This document shows, piece after piece, positions 55,247-64,000 of a DNA stretch of 64,000 nucleotides (position 1 is the first letter of the stretch; each line of letters starts with the position of its first letter). The notes under the pieces were generated by a model, which was not told the DNA's origin, made no database searches, and saw only the letters and a list, made by a program, of their open reading frames with translations. The position numbers and the translations under genes are program-made. The stretch comes from an uncultured delta proteobacterium (GTDB lineage: Bacteria > Desulfobacterota > Binatia > UBA9968): positions 1 through 64,000 of the forward strand of contig CAWDPO010000002.1 in assembly GCA_963804165.1 (NCBI GenBank), written 5' to 3'.

Positions 55247-56572
55247 TCAGTCTAAGCGAGCGGACCAATGAGGTTTTGTATCATCCCCCCCCGACCCTGT
55301 CAATCTACGCTGGTTATCTCCACTCGCCTGCATAACATAAAGATGATACTTGCCCGCGCGATTTGATGAAAAAGCAATGAACCTGCCGTCCGGAGACCAA
55401 GTCGGATCCTCGCTGTCGAACGATTCGGAAGTGAGTTTACGCGCTTCGCCGCCGTCCACAGGAATCGTAAAAATCGCGAAGCGACTGCCGACGCGCCCCG
55501 TATAAACGATCCGATCGCCTCTCGGCGACCACTCCGGCGAAGTGTTGTAACTTCCGCTGTACGTGAGTCGGCGCGTGTTGCCCCCGGCATACATCCAAAA
55601 TATACAACTGTGGCGAACCGCTGCGGTCAGACACGAAGACAACCTGCTTGCCGTCCGGCGACCAAGCCGGCGAAACTTCTATGCCGGGATCATTGGTCAA
55701 TCGCCGGATTACGTTACCGCTTCGATCGAGCAAATAAAGATTGGTATTGCCGCCGGATTCCAATGTCGCCACAATCGATTTGGCCGTCTGGCGAGAATTT
55801 CCCGCTGAGATATCTGCCGCCCCCGCGCGGCGTAAACTTGGTTTCTTTGCCGCTGTATAGCTCAAACAAAAATAAGGTCTGACTGCGGTCCTTAAACGAC
55901 GAGTAGAGAATTGAACGACCGTCCGGACTCCAGGCAGGCGATAGATTGATCGTGTGATTGTCGGTGACCTGAAATTTTTCGCTGCCATCCAAATGGGAAA
56001 CATAGATCTCCTTGAAACGGCCGCCGCTGTTGGACACGTAAGCAATGCTGCGTGTTGAAGATGCCCGGAACGCCGGTAAATTGATTGATGATTTCGTCGA
56101 CGAATTTATGCGCGATGCGGCGGAAGTCTCTCACTCGACCGGTATAACGCTTACCGATCCGTTCTTTGTTTTGATAAACGTCAAATAAGCCGCAGTTCGA
56201 CGGTGATCTCGTCTCCTTGCACGGAAAACCCGCCCTTCACCAATCCTTCGGCGCCGATGGTCGCCCAGTCTTTGAAATCGAATGTTCCAAGAGTGATGCC
56301 GCTCGATGAGCGTTTTCGATGATAAGCCGAACGATCCAAAACTCTAAACCACCCGGACAGCTCCAGATCGTGCACCATCGCATCGGCGATGCCCGTGGAG
56401 AGTCGAGCCGAATCGGCACGTGTTGCCCCCAAGGTTTTTCAGGGGCGACACGGCGATCGGAAAGCGCTGTCCGCCTTGGCCGAGGATTTCGCCCGTAACT
56501 GCGCTCGCGCCACTCGCCACCCAAGGCCGAATCGCTAAAAACATGACGACTAGAAAGAATTTTAAAACTCAT
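55247..56572 (-). CDS. tolB: Tol-Pal beta-propeller protein (several indels)
   Basis: DLELSGWF, AHKFVDEII, repeated SPAWSPDG motifs, VFVSDRSGSPQLY. Confidence 0.9.
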
Positions 56573-56575
56573 CGT

Positions 56576-57515
56576 TTATGCTCCTAAGTCTCTCGGTCGA
56601 AACGTCAATTCGACGTCGGCAAAATCCTTTCGATAACTTTCCGGCGGCGCCGGCAAGGGACTCGATTTTTTGACTGCTCGAAGCACCGATTCGTCGTAAG
56701 ACGGATCCCCTGACGGTTGGACGATTTTGAGTCCGACAATTTCGCCTGTATCTTTGATGCCGAAATGAACCACGACTTTTAAGTTGCTGCGTTGCCCAAC
56801 CCACGCCCAATTGTCTTTGATAGTGCCGAGCATGCGATTTTGATAGATGAGAAAATCCATCCCCTTTACGACCCCGGGACCACCACGCCCGCCCGGCCCA
56901 AGTCCCGCCGCACCCTCGCCTTCGCCGGACCCGGCACTCAAATCTCGCCTTTTGCCGGTTTTTGCGCGCTTTCATCGCGAGACTTCGCGCGTTTCAAGTG
57001 GCGACTGAAGCAGCCTCTCGCGCACGCTATCGGCGGATGCCGTTTCTGCTCTTTGCTTCTTCTTTCATTTCTTTCGCGGATTCTTTCTTCGCGAGGGCGG
57101 CTCCGGCTTGGTGGGTTCGACCTTGGTCTTCTCTTCGATCTTCTCTTTGAGCACCACTTTCTCTTCGACAGGCTTTTTCTCGGTCGGCTTTGGCCTTCTC
57201 ACGACTTCCTTCTTGCTCTCTGTTTTGGTCTCCCGCACCGGCGCGACGGGTCCGATTCCGGGGTTTTGGCGGCAGTTTAGCCGCAGGAACTCCGTGCCCA
57301 ATTTCGCGCCGCCTAATCTTTTCGCCGCCGACAAGGTCGACAACATAAACCGGCGCATCAGGGCGAACCGGTCGACGGCAACAACGGCGCCAAGAAAAGA
57401 CACGCGACGAACACTCACATGCAGCATGAAGCGAGAACAACGAGCCATTTCGGTAAGCGCTCTTCCGAGCCCGCCGTCGGAAAGGAGCGGTCGCGCAAGC
57501 TAATGGTCGGCGATG
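56576..57515 (-). CDS. tolA: TolA/TonB family protein (several indels)
   Basis: N-terminal TM with His, K/E/P-rich linker, C-terminal SGDPSYDESVLRAVKKSSPLPAPP; lies between tolR and tolB. Confidence 0.8.
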
Positions 57516-57537
57516 GAGTTCCTTCGGCCAAGAGCGA

Positions 57538-57957
57538 CTATCTTTCTCGGACGGCGGGCGGGTCACCATGCCCAATTTCTGATGCCGGCCTGTTTGATCT
57601 CCGCAATTGTTTTCATGACAACCCCATAACGCACGTCTTGATCGGCACGTAGATACACCTGCTTGTTCGCTTGCAATTTTTTGATCGCTCGGAGTTTATC
57701 ACCCAGTTCCTCCAGCGACATGGCGTTGTCGTTGAGATATATATTACCATTTTTCGCCACGGTCACAACCAGATGCTCTTCGGTACCGGGAATGGCGCTT
57801 GATTGGTCTGAGGAAGATTGACCTGTACGCCCTGCTGGATGATCGGCGCGGTAACCATGAAAATAACCAGAAGCACCAACATCACATCGACTAGCGGAGT
57901 CACATTGATTTGCGAGATCGTTGTCGCTTTCCCGCGCGACGAGGCATCCATAGCCAT
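57538..57957 (-). CDS. tolR: TolR/ExbD protein (indels)
   Basis: [37 protein letters not shown]. Confidence 0.9.
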
Positions 57958-58158
57958 AGTCACCTCTCCTTTGTTTAGCGATTTTCCACTCGAACCGGAG
58001 CGCCGATGGCGGACGGAAATGCACGTGGCATACCACGGACCTAGCCGCACTCACATGGTCTTTATCACTGCGTAACATGACTGCCCCCAACGCTGTACGA
58101 CCCCAACACCATCAAGACGCTACGATTAAATCGTGATCAATTATACCCGATTAATTGA

Positions 58159-58901
58159 TTACTTGAAGAAGTGACGCTCGGCGATATTGAGAAACTCATG
58201 CGAGAAATTATCCATCTCGACCGCAAGATACTTGATTTGTTGAACAAAATAGTTATAGGCCATCAATGCTGGAATCGCTGCCGCCAATCCGACTGCAGTC
58301 GCGATCAACGCCTCGGCGATACCCGGGGCCACCGCTTGAATGCTCGACGAATGGGTGACACTCAGTCCCCGAAAGGCATTCATGATCCCCCAAACAGTGC
58401 CGAATAAGCCGACGAAGGGCGCCGAACTCGCGGTGGTGGCAAGAAATGAACAATTTTTTTCCAACTTGGTCGTCTCCACACTGGTCGCTCGCTTCATGGC
58501 GCGCGAAACATTTTCGACACCGCCCAATTCCGTGGTCAAGATTATCGCCGGGCGAAGATTCCTTTTTTGAACGAGAAACTCGCACCAATTCTTCGTATCC
58601 CGAACGAAACACTTGACCCACCGGACTGGCCGTGAGCTCGCGGCTGGCATCGTGAATCGATGAAAGATTGCGCCGCTCCCAAAAGATTTCGATGAATCTT
58701 TCGGATTCGCGTTTGGCTCGCCGGATTTGCCGGAACTTCTGAGCGATGATTCCCCAGCTCACCACAGAAAACAAAACCAACAGATAAAGGATCGCTTGAA
58801 CAACCAGTCCGGATCCGCGAACGAGATCCAGAATGCTGTGCTGTTGCGGCGTAGCGAAGACTGTCTTGCACCAACAATTGAAGAGACCAGAGAGAAGACA
58901 T
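58159..58901 (-). CDS. tolQ: TolQ/ExbB proton channel protein (indels)
   Basis: [50 protein letters not shown]. Confidence 0.92.
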
Positions 58902-59008
58902 CAGTGTTATCGGTGGAGTTGTTTGAAAAAGTATTACAAGCCTTGTAATTAGTCAATTGAGAATGGAGAATTTTGCCGACAATAAATCGCAAGATGGAAC
59001 AAATTTTC

Positions 59009-60198
59009 ATGATTCGAAAACTCGATCGATTTGGAGCTTCGTGACAAGAGCTGTTTTTCTGCGCGTTGATTTCAACGTGCCGATCGACAAGGGCAAAATA
59101 ACCGAGCCCCATCGCATCGACAGCGCGTTGCCGACCATCCAGCCTCATCTTGGACAAGGCTAAGAAGGTTGTGATCGCTTCTCACTTGGGTCGCCCGGAT
59201 GGCAAGTCGTCTCGAAGTATAGCCTCGCGTCCGGTGCGAGAGCATTTAGCAGAGCGTACTTGAATCAGCCGGTCGATGCTGGCGCCTGATTGCATCGGCG
59301 CCGAAGTGGAGCGCATGGTTCGCGACGAGATCAACATCGAATCGTCTTGCTCGAAAATCTACGCTTCCATAAAGAAGAAGAAAAAAACGACCCGGCATTT
59401 TCTCAGGCGCTTGGCCTCTCTGGCGATGTTTATGTCAATGATGCCTTCGGCGCCGCACATCGAGCCCACGCGTCGATCGCCGGAATGGCCGCGTTTTTTA
59501 CGAACAAGGCGACCGGGCCTGCTGATGCAAAAGGAACTGGATTACTTCTCGCCAATTCTCTCTGATCCCGAAAAACCGTTCGTGACCATTTTGGGCGGCG
59601 CCAAAGTTTCCGACAAGATCGGCGTAATCAAAAACTTGCTGCCGAAAGTCGATGCCCTGCTCATCGGCGGTGGCATGGCGTACACATTTCTCAAAGCCCA
59701 GGGCATCGAAATCGGCAAATCATTGCTTGAACAGGACAAAATAGGCGTTGCTGCAGATATCTTAAAGGAAGCGGCCGTTCGCGGCGTGAAGTTCTTCTGC
59801 CGATTGATCACGTCACCGGCGACACGAGAAAAGAAACAACCCAGCACCTGCGACAAGTCAATTCCCCCGGACCGGATGGGACTGGATATCGGTCCAAAAC
59901 GGTCGAGATATTTTCCAGAGAAATCAGCAGCAGCCAAGACTGGTGCTCTGGAACGGTCCTGTCGGTTTATTCGAAGTACCCCCCTATGATCAAGGCAGTC
60001 GCACGCTCGCGAAAATCTTGGCAGAAAACCAACCACGCTTGGTCAGCATCATTGCCGGCGGAGACACGGTCGCTGCGGTGACAGCCGCCGGCGTTGAAGA
60101 AAAAATCACTCATTTATCGACGGGTGGCGGAGCGACTCTCGAATTTCTCGAAGGCAGAGAACTCCCTGGCATTGAAGCACTTGGAGGAGCGCTCATGA
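59009..60198 (+). CDS. pgk: phosphoglycerate kinase (several indels)
   Basis: [60 protein letters not shown]. Confidence 0.93.
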
Positions 60199-60963
60199 GT
60201 ACCGCCACTGGTCGTGGGCAATTGGAAAATGAACGGCGACCCAACGCGAATGCCGGGAATTGGCAAGCGATATCGAGCGCCAGCTGCGCCGAAATGCGCC
60301 GCGTCGTTCAGGTCGTCGTCGCTCCCCCGTTTACGGCTCTCGCTTCGGTTTCGAAGGTAATTCAGCGCAGTAAAATTGAGCTCGCGGCGCAAAATTGCCA
60401 CTGGCAAGAAAGCGGCGCTTTCACCGGCGAAATCAGCCCTCCGATGTTAGCGGAGATCGGCTGTGAATTACGTTGTTATAGGCCACTCCGAACGACGTCA
60501 TCTTTTTCACGAAAGCGACGAAATGATCGCGAGCAAGGTCGGATCCGTGATCGCGCACGGCATGCGGGCGATCTTTTGTATCGGCGAAACACTGGCGGAA
60601 CGAGAACAGGGACTGACCTACGAAGTCATCAATCGGCAGCTGAGCATCGCGTTGAAGGGGTTAGCGAAAGATGCTATAGAAAAACTCGAAATCGCCTATG
60701 AGCCCGTGTGGGCGATCGGCACGGGGCTCAATGCGACAGCCGAACAAGTCCGCGACGTTCACATTAGAATTCGACAAATATTAGAAGCTACTTTCGGTGA
60801 ATCGACGAGCGGCCAAGTCAGGATTTTATACGGCGGCAGCGTCAAGCCGGAAAACGCGAGCATGCTAGCCCAAATCGATAAAGTGGATGGCCTTTTGGTG
60901 GGCGGAGCGAGTTTGAAGGCGGAATTATTTTTGCCGATCGTCGCCGCCTTCACAAATAGGTGA
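60195..60963 (+). CDS. tpiA: triosephosphate isomerase (indels)
   Basis: GNWKMN, AQNCH..ESGAFTGEIS, GHSERR, AYEPVWAIGTG, LYGGSV, LVGGASL. Confidence 0.94.
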
Positions 60964-60969
60964 TCAATT

Positions 60970-61360
60970 ATGATTATCGCGGTAACCATCCTTCACGTGA
61001 TCGTTAGCATCGGTCTCATCCTCGTCGTCTTGCTGCAAACTGGCAAAGGCGCGGAAGTGGGAGCGGTATTTGGCGGCTCGAGTTCGACCATTTTCGGAAG
61101 CAGCGGGGCCGGTAACTTTTTAACCCGGTTAACGACCGGCATGGCGATTGTATTTATGATGACTTCGTTGACACTTGGCTATTTTGCCGGGAAAAAACCG
61201 ACGTCGACGATTTTCGACAGTCGAACACCGGCGGCGGCACCGGCTCTTCCGGCGCAGCCGTCGGCGCCAGCAGAGCGGCAAGAAAGTCCGGCCGGTAGCG
61301 GTAGCGGTGATACGAGCACTCCGAGTCGCACCCGAAAGTACCAAGACAAAGACTCCGTAA
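60970..61360 (+). CDS. secG: preprotein translocase subunit SecG (probable indel in tail; stop likely at 61360)
   Basis: VLLQTGKGAEVGAVFGG..STIFGSSGAGNFLTRLT; the uncorrected ORF runs into the tRNA. Confidence 0.93.
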
Positions 61361-61373
61361 ATTTCGATTTCAT

Positions 61374-61460
61374 GCGAGGGTGGCGGAATCGGCAGACGCG
61401 CTAGTTTGAGGGGCTAGTGCCGGAAACGGCGTGCGGGTTCAAATCCCGCTCCTCGCACCA
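61374..61460 (+). tRNA. tRNA-Leu(GAG)
   Basis: GCGAGGG/TCCTCGC acceptor stem plus ACCA, D loop GGCAGAC, anticodon stem CTAGT-TTGAGGG-GCTAG, long variable arm, GGTTCAAATCC; usual secG-tRNA-Leu arrangement. Confidence 0.97.
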
Positions 61461-61627
61461 AACCATCGACAGCTTTCTCAGCAGCTCTTTCATTGGATTG
61501 GGACTGCTCCACTTTGCGCACGCTAACTAAAAGTTCAGCGTGCACAAAATTGGCGCTATGTCCAATCTTGTTGCCGCACCCCTAGCCGATTAGTCTACGA
61601 ACCTAGCCGGTCAAGTTTGCTGAAATA

Positions 61628-61640
61628 TATCAAGGCCTTG
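61628..61640 (+). promoter_or_regulatory. IHF consensus site
   Basis: TATCAAGGCCTTG matches WATCAANNNNTTR exactly; it lies upstream of the sigma54 promoter. Confidence 0.45.
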
Positions 61641-61815
61641 GAATGCACAAGATTAGATCGCCGCAATTCCAAAGAGCAAAATGGCATGTGCACCATTCCA
61701 TATTTGTCGCTCAGAGTTCGGAAGTGTCGATTTTTGTCCTAAAACAAAGTTTTTTTGCCGCCCTAAGCTGCTATAAATTATTGAAAAGTCAGCACCTTAT
61801 GCAACGTCGACTAAA

Positions 61816-61831
61816 TGGCATATAGCTTGCT
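61816..61831 (+). promoter_or_regulatory. sigma54 (-24/-12) promoter
   Basis: TGGCATATAGCTTGCT with exact GG/GC spacing, 31 nt upstream of ATG 61863. Confidence 0.72.
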
Positions 61832-61862
61832 CTATTTTGGCTTTTCTAGGAGTAGAAGAACT

Positions 61863-62066
61863 ATGAAAAAACCTGACACTTCCATAAAGCTTTTAACTCT
61901 CGCGGAAGCCGCAAGCATACTTAAAATTTCTAAAAGAACTTTGCACCGGATGATCCAGAATCGTCAAATCCCTGCGTTTAAAGTTGGGGGGCAATGGCGC
62001 ATTCTTGAAAGCCGCTTCCAGGAGTGGGTACAAGAAGAGGAAAATACCACCCCGAAAGCAGGCTAG
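61863..62066 (+). CDS. stand-alone excisionase-like helix-turn-helix protein (HTH_17), 67 aa
   Basis: AGGAG RBS; LLTLAEAASILKISKRTLHRMIQNRQIPAFKVGGQWRI. Confidence 0.88.
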   Translation: MKKPDTSIKLLTLAEAASILKISKRTLHRMIQNRQIPAFKVGGQWRILESRFQEWVQEEENTTPKAG

Positions 62067-62368
62067 GTATTTTTTCTCCGCTGCTATCCGCTTGGGGAGT
62101 AAATCGTACGATTCGGCAGCGAAGGGCGCTCAAGCCAAAACTGAGCCGAACGACTCCTATTTCAAAAATCTTCAGATAATTGCGCAATTGCACCTCTAGA
62201 AACCCGATCACGTCTCATTCTCTTGAGTTGCTGTTCGACGAATGGGCCCGCCAGGTAGGCGCGCTGATGCACTGAATTGGTCCACGCTGGGCATTTTTCG
62301 GCCCTCCATTTTATCCAATCGAGAAAACCTGCGCCCCGCACGATACTCGAACTAAAACCCACTCGGCG

Positions 62369-63623
62369 TTAGACACTCGGCAACTCGACTTTAAATTCGC
62401 TCCCTTGCCCCTCCGTGCTATTCACCGTCACACTACCACCCAAGAGTTCGGCAAAGGCCTTCACAATGAACAGGCCCATACCAATCCCGCTCTGCGTGCG
62501 CGTGCGCGCTGAATCGAGCTGCCAAAATTTGTCGAACACGAAGGGCAATTGCGAGCCGGAGATACCGATACCCGTATCCGTTACACTGAAGACCATGCGA
62601 CGATGTTCGGCATTATGTCGCGCTGCGACACGGATCTCACCCGCATCGGTAAACTTAAGCGCGTTTTGAATCAAGTTCATTAAAATAATTTTGAGTTTTC
62701 CGGGGTCGCACAGTACTACCGGCAAGGGCGCCGGAAAGTCCCACACCAAGGTCGCGGTTGACTTCACAACCGTCCCTTCGCAATTCTGTTTCAATTCATC
62801 GAGAAACTCCGAAAGAACGAGTTCCTCCTTTCGAACAGATACCGCCCCCGTTTCTACGCTCGCTGATTCCAATATAACATCGACAATGTTTGCCAAGTTC
62901 TCGCTCTGCCGCAATACTTTCTCCAGCGCCTCTTCTTGGTCTCGATTGATCTCGCCGAGCGCTGAACTTTTCAAAGCTTGCGTGTAGCTCGTGATCACGG
63001 TCAGCGGTGTTCTCAGTTCATGCGAAAGAATGTTGAGCAGCTCGGTTTTGGCTTGCCTTCTGTGTTCGGCCCGTTCGGTTAAAATTCGCTGGGCTCTCAC
63101 AAGTTGAGAGAAATGACCGTAGAAAAGCCCCACGACGAGCAGGAATACCAGCTGCAGGTATTGAGAGGGATGGTAATTCATGTTGTCAAAAAAAGCCCGC
63201 GTACGCAAAAGGAGCCGCCAACGAAATGGTAGCGATCATCCGCGGATTTTCAAAGATCGAGCAGATGATAATAAGCAAGAAATAGGCAAGATAAAAATTA
63301 CTCTCGACCTGACCGTTGATCATTAAAGAGGCGGTCAAAACGAGCGTATCCAATCCTATAAGCAAGACATTGAACTTGACGTCACGAAACTCCGACTCAC
63401 TCGCAAAATACAATCCGATGTTCGAAAAAGCATACAAAGCGGCCATCGCGTCCAGGAGCGCCGTCTGTGGCGCCTCGTTGTTTCGAAACAAAATCAATGA
63501 GCAACTTATCAGCACGACCGGCCACCGAATCAAAATCACGGTGGATTTGGTGGGCAAATACGTCGCCCGATGTGCCGACCCTGCGCTAGCGGGCAGCGCG
63601 TCTCTTTGTGGATCATATTGCAT
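62369..63623 (-). CDS. membrane-bound sensor histidine kinase (frameshift ~63190)
   Basis: Multi-TM N-terminus (ORF 63186-63623), H box LSHELRTPL, NLIQNALKFT, DTGIGI, GIGMGLFIV. Confidence 0.9.
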
Positions 63624-63747
63624 GGATATGCCTTAAGTCTTTTACGTTCAGGCGACACGACAAACGGTTCACCACACCGTTGCCGTCGGGCTGATCGTTT
63701 TCATTTCTAGAATAAATCCCGATCCAGAAGCGAATTATCAGGACCAT

Positions 63748-64000
63748 TTAGCGAGTGTTTCTTGTCTCCGGTTTGCCGAAGCCATAGGATTCCCAATTCT
63801 TTAGCACGCGCTCCTGCAGATCGGCGGGCCAGAGATTTTCGAAACTCGCTTTTTCGGGGATACTTTCGCGCGGCCAATCTTTTGGCCAAGTACAGTCGAA
63901 AATTACGCCGCCTGCGTCGCCGATCAACCGCTCCTTCGGCGCCAGAAACGGCAAGAGCACCGGGAAACCGGGAATATGCGGCACGTGGTGGATACCATTG
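63748..64000 (-). CDS. UbiD family decarboxylase, C-terminal part
   Basis: LLPFL...GVIFDCTWPKDWP...KASFENLWP.DLQERVLKNWESYGF resembles UbiD-family C-termini; runs off the window. Confidence 0.65.
   Translation of the reverse strand, partial: NGIHHVPHIPGFPVLLPFLAPKERLIGDAGGVIFDCTWPKDWPRESIPEKASFENLWPADLQERVLKNWESYGFGKPETRNTR

Noticed and set aside
61374-62066. Prophage or ICE integrated at tRNA-Leu
   Set aside because: No integrase, no duplicated tRNA 3' end and no phage genes in the window; the HTH gene has a host-type sigma54 promoter.
53711-63623. Frameshifts in cpoB, pal, tolB, tolA, tolR, tolQ, pgk, tpiA, secG and the kinase as pseudogenisation or programmed frameshifting
   Set aside because: They affect essential genes, are clustered regionally and often fall at homopolymers; best explained as long-read consensus errors.

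Overview
A 64-kb bacterial chromosomal segment of roughly 55-57% GC. Gene content and short octamer repeats suggest a deltaproteobacterial genome, possibly Candidatus Binatia (inference). Left end (1-9.5 kb): a degraded integron-like cassette array with two recognisable attC sites and a HEPN-motif gene, gene remnants, a small leaderless ORF ending ...LHKLHRVFLI upstream of two tandem TctA permeases, and a GtrA-GT39 glycosyltransferase. From 9.8 to 24 kb (minus strand): ADH, hemerythrin-like protein, CoA-transferase, an HTH_17 gene, livKHMGF, a methyltransferase, leuCD and others. From 24 to 31.6 kb: a plus-strand accessory block with a cation/H+ antiporter, a GAF-fused glucan phosphorylase, TauE and a duplicated piece of the glgP 3' end. 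From 31.7 to 59 kb (minus strand): core genes truA-asd-leuB-leuA-pssA-psd-ilvC, ilvNB, tsaB-rseP-dxr-cdsA-uppS-frr-pyrH-tsf-rpsB, rho, rluD, ribF and tol-pal. The right end carries pgk-tpiA-secG-tRNA-Leu(GAG), a second HTH_17 gene, a histidine kinase and part of a UbiD-like gene. Many single-base frameshifts, including in essential genes, look like long-read consensus errors, so coordinates of affected genes are approximate. Most notable: the candidate regulatory uORF before tctA, sigma54 promoters in front of both stand-alone HTH_17 genes, the attC array, the PtsP-type GAF-GlgP fusion and a Leu/Val/Ile-rich leader peptide before ilvC.
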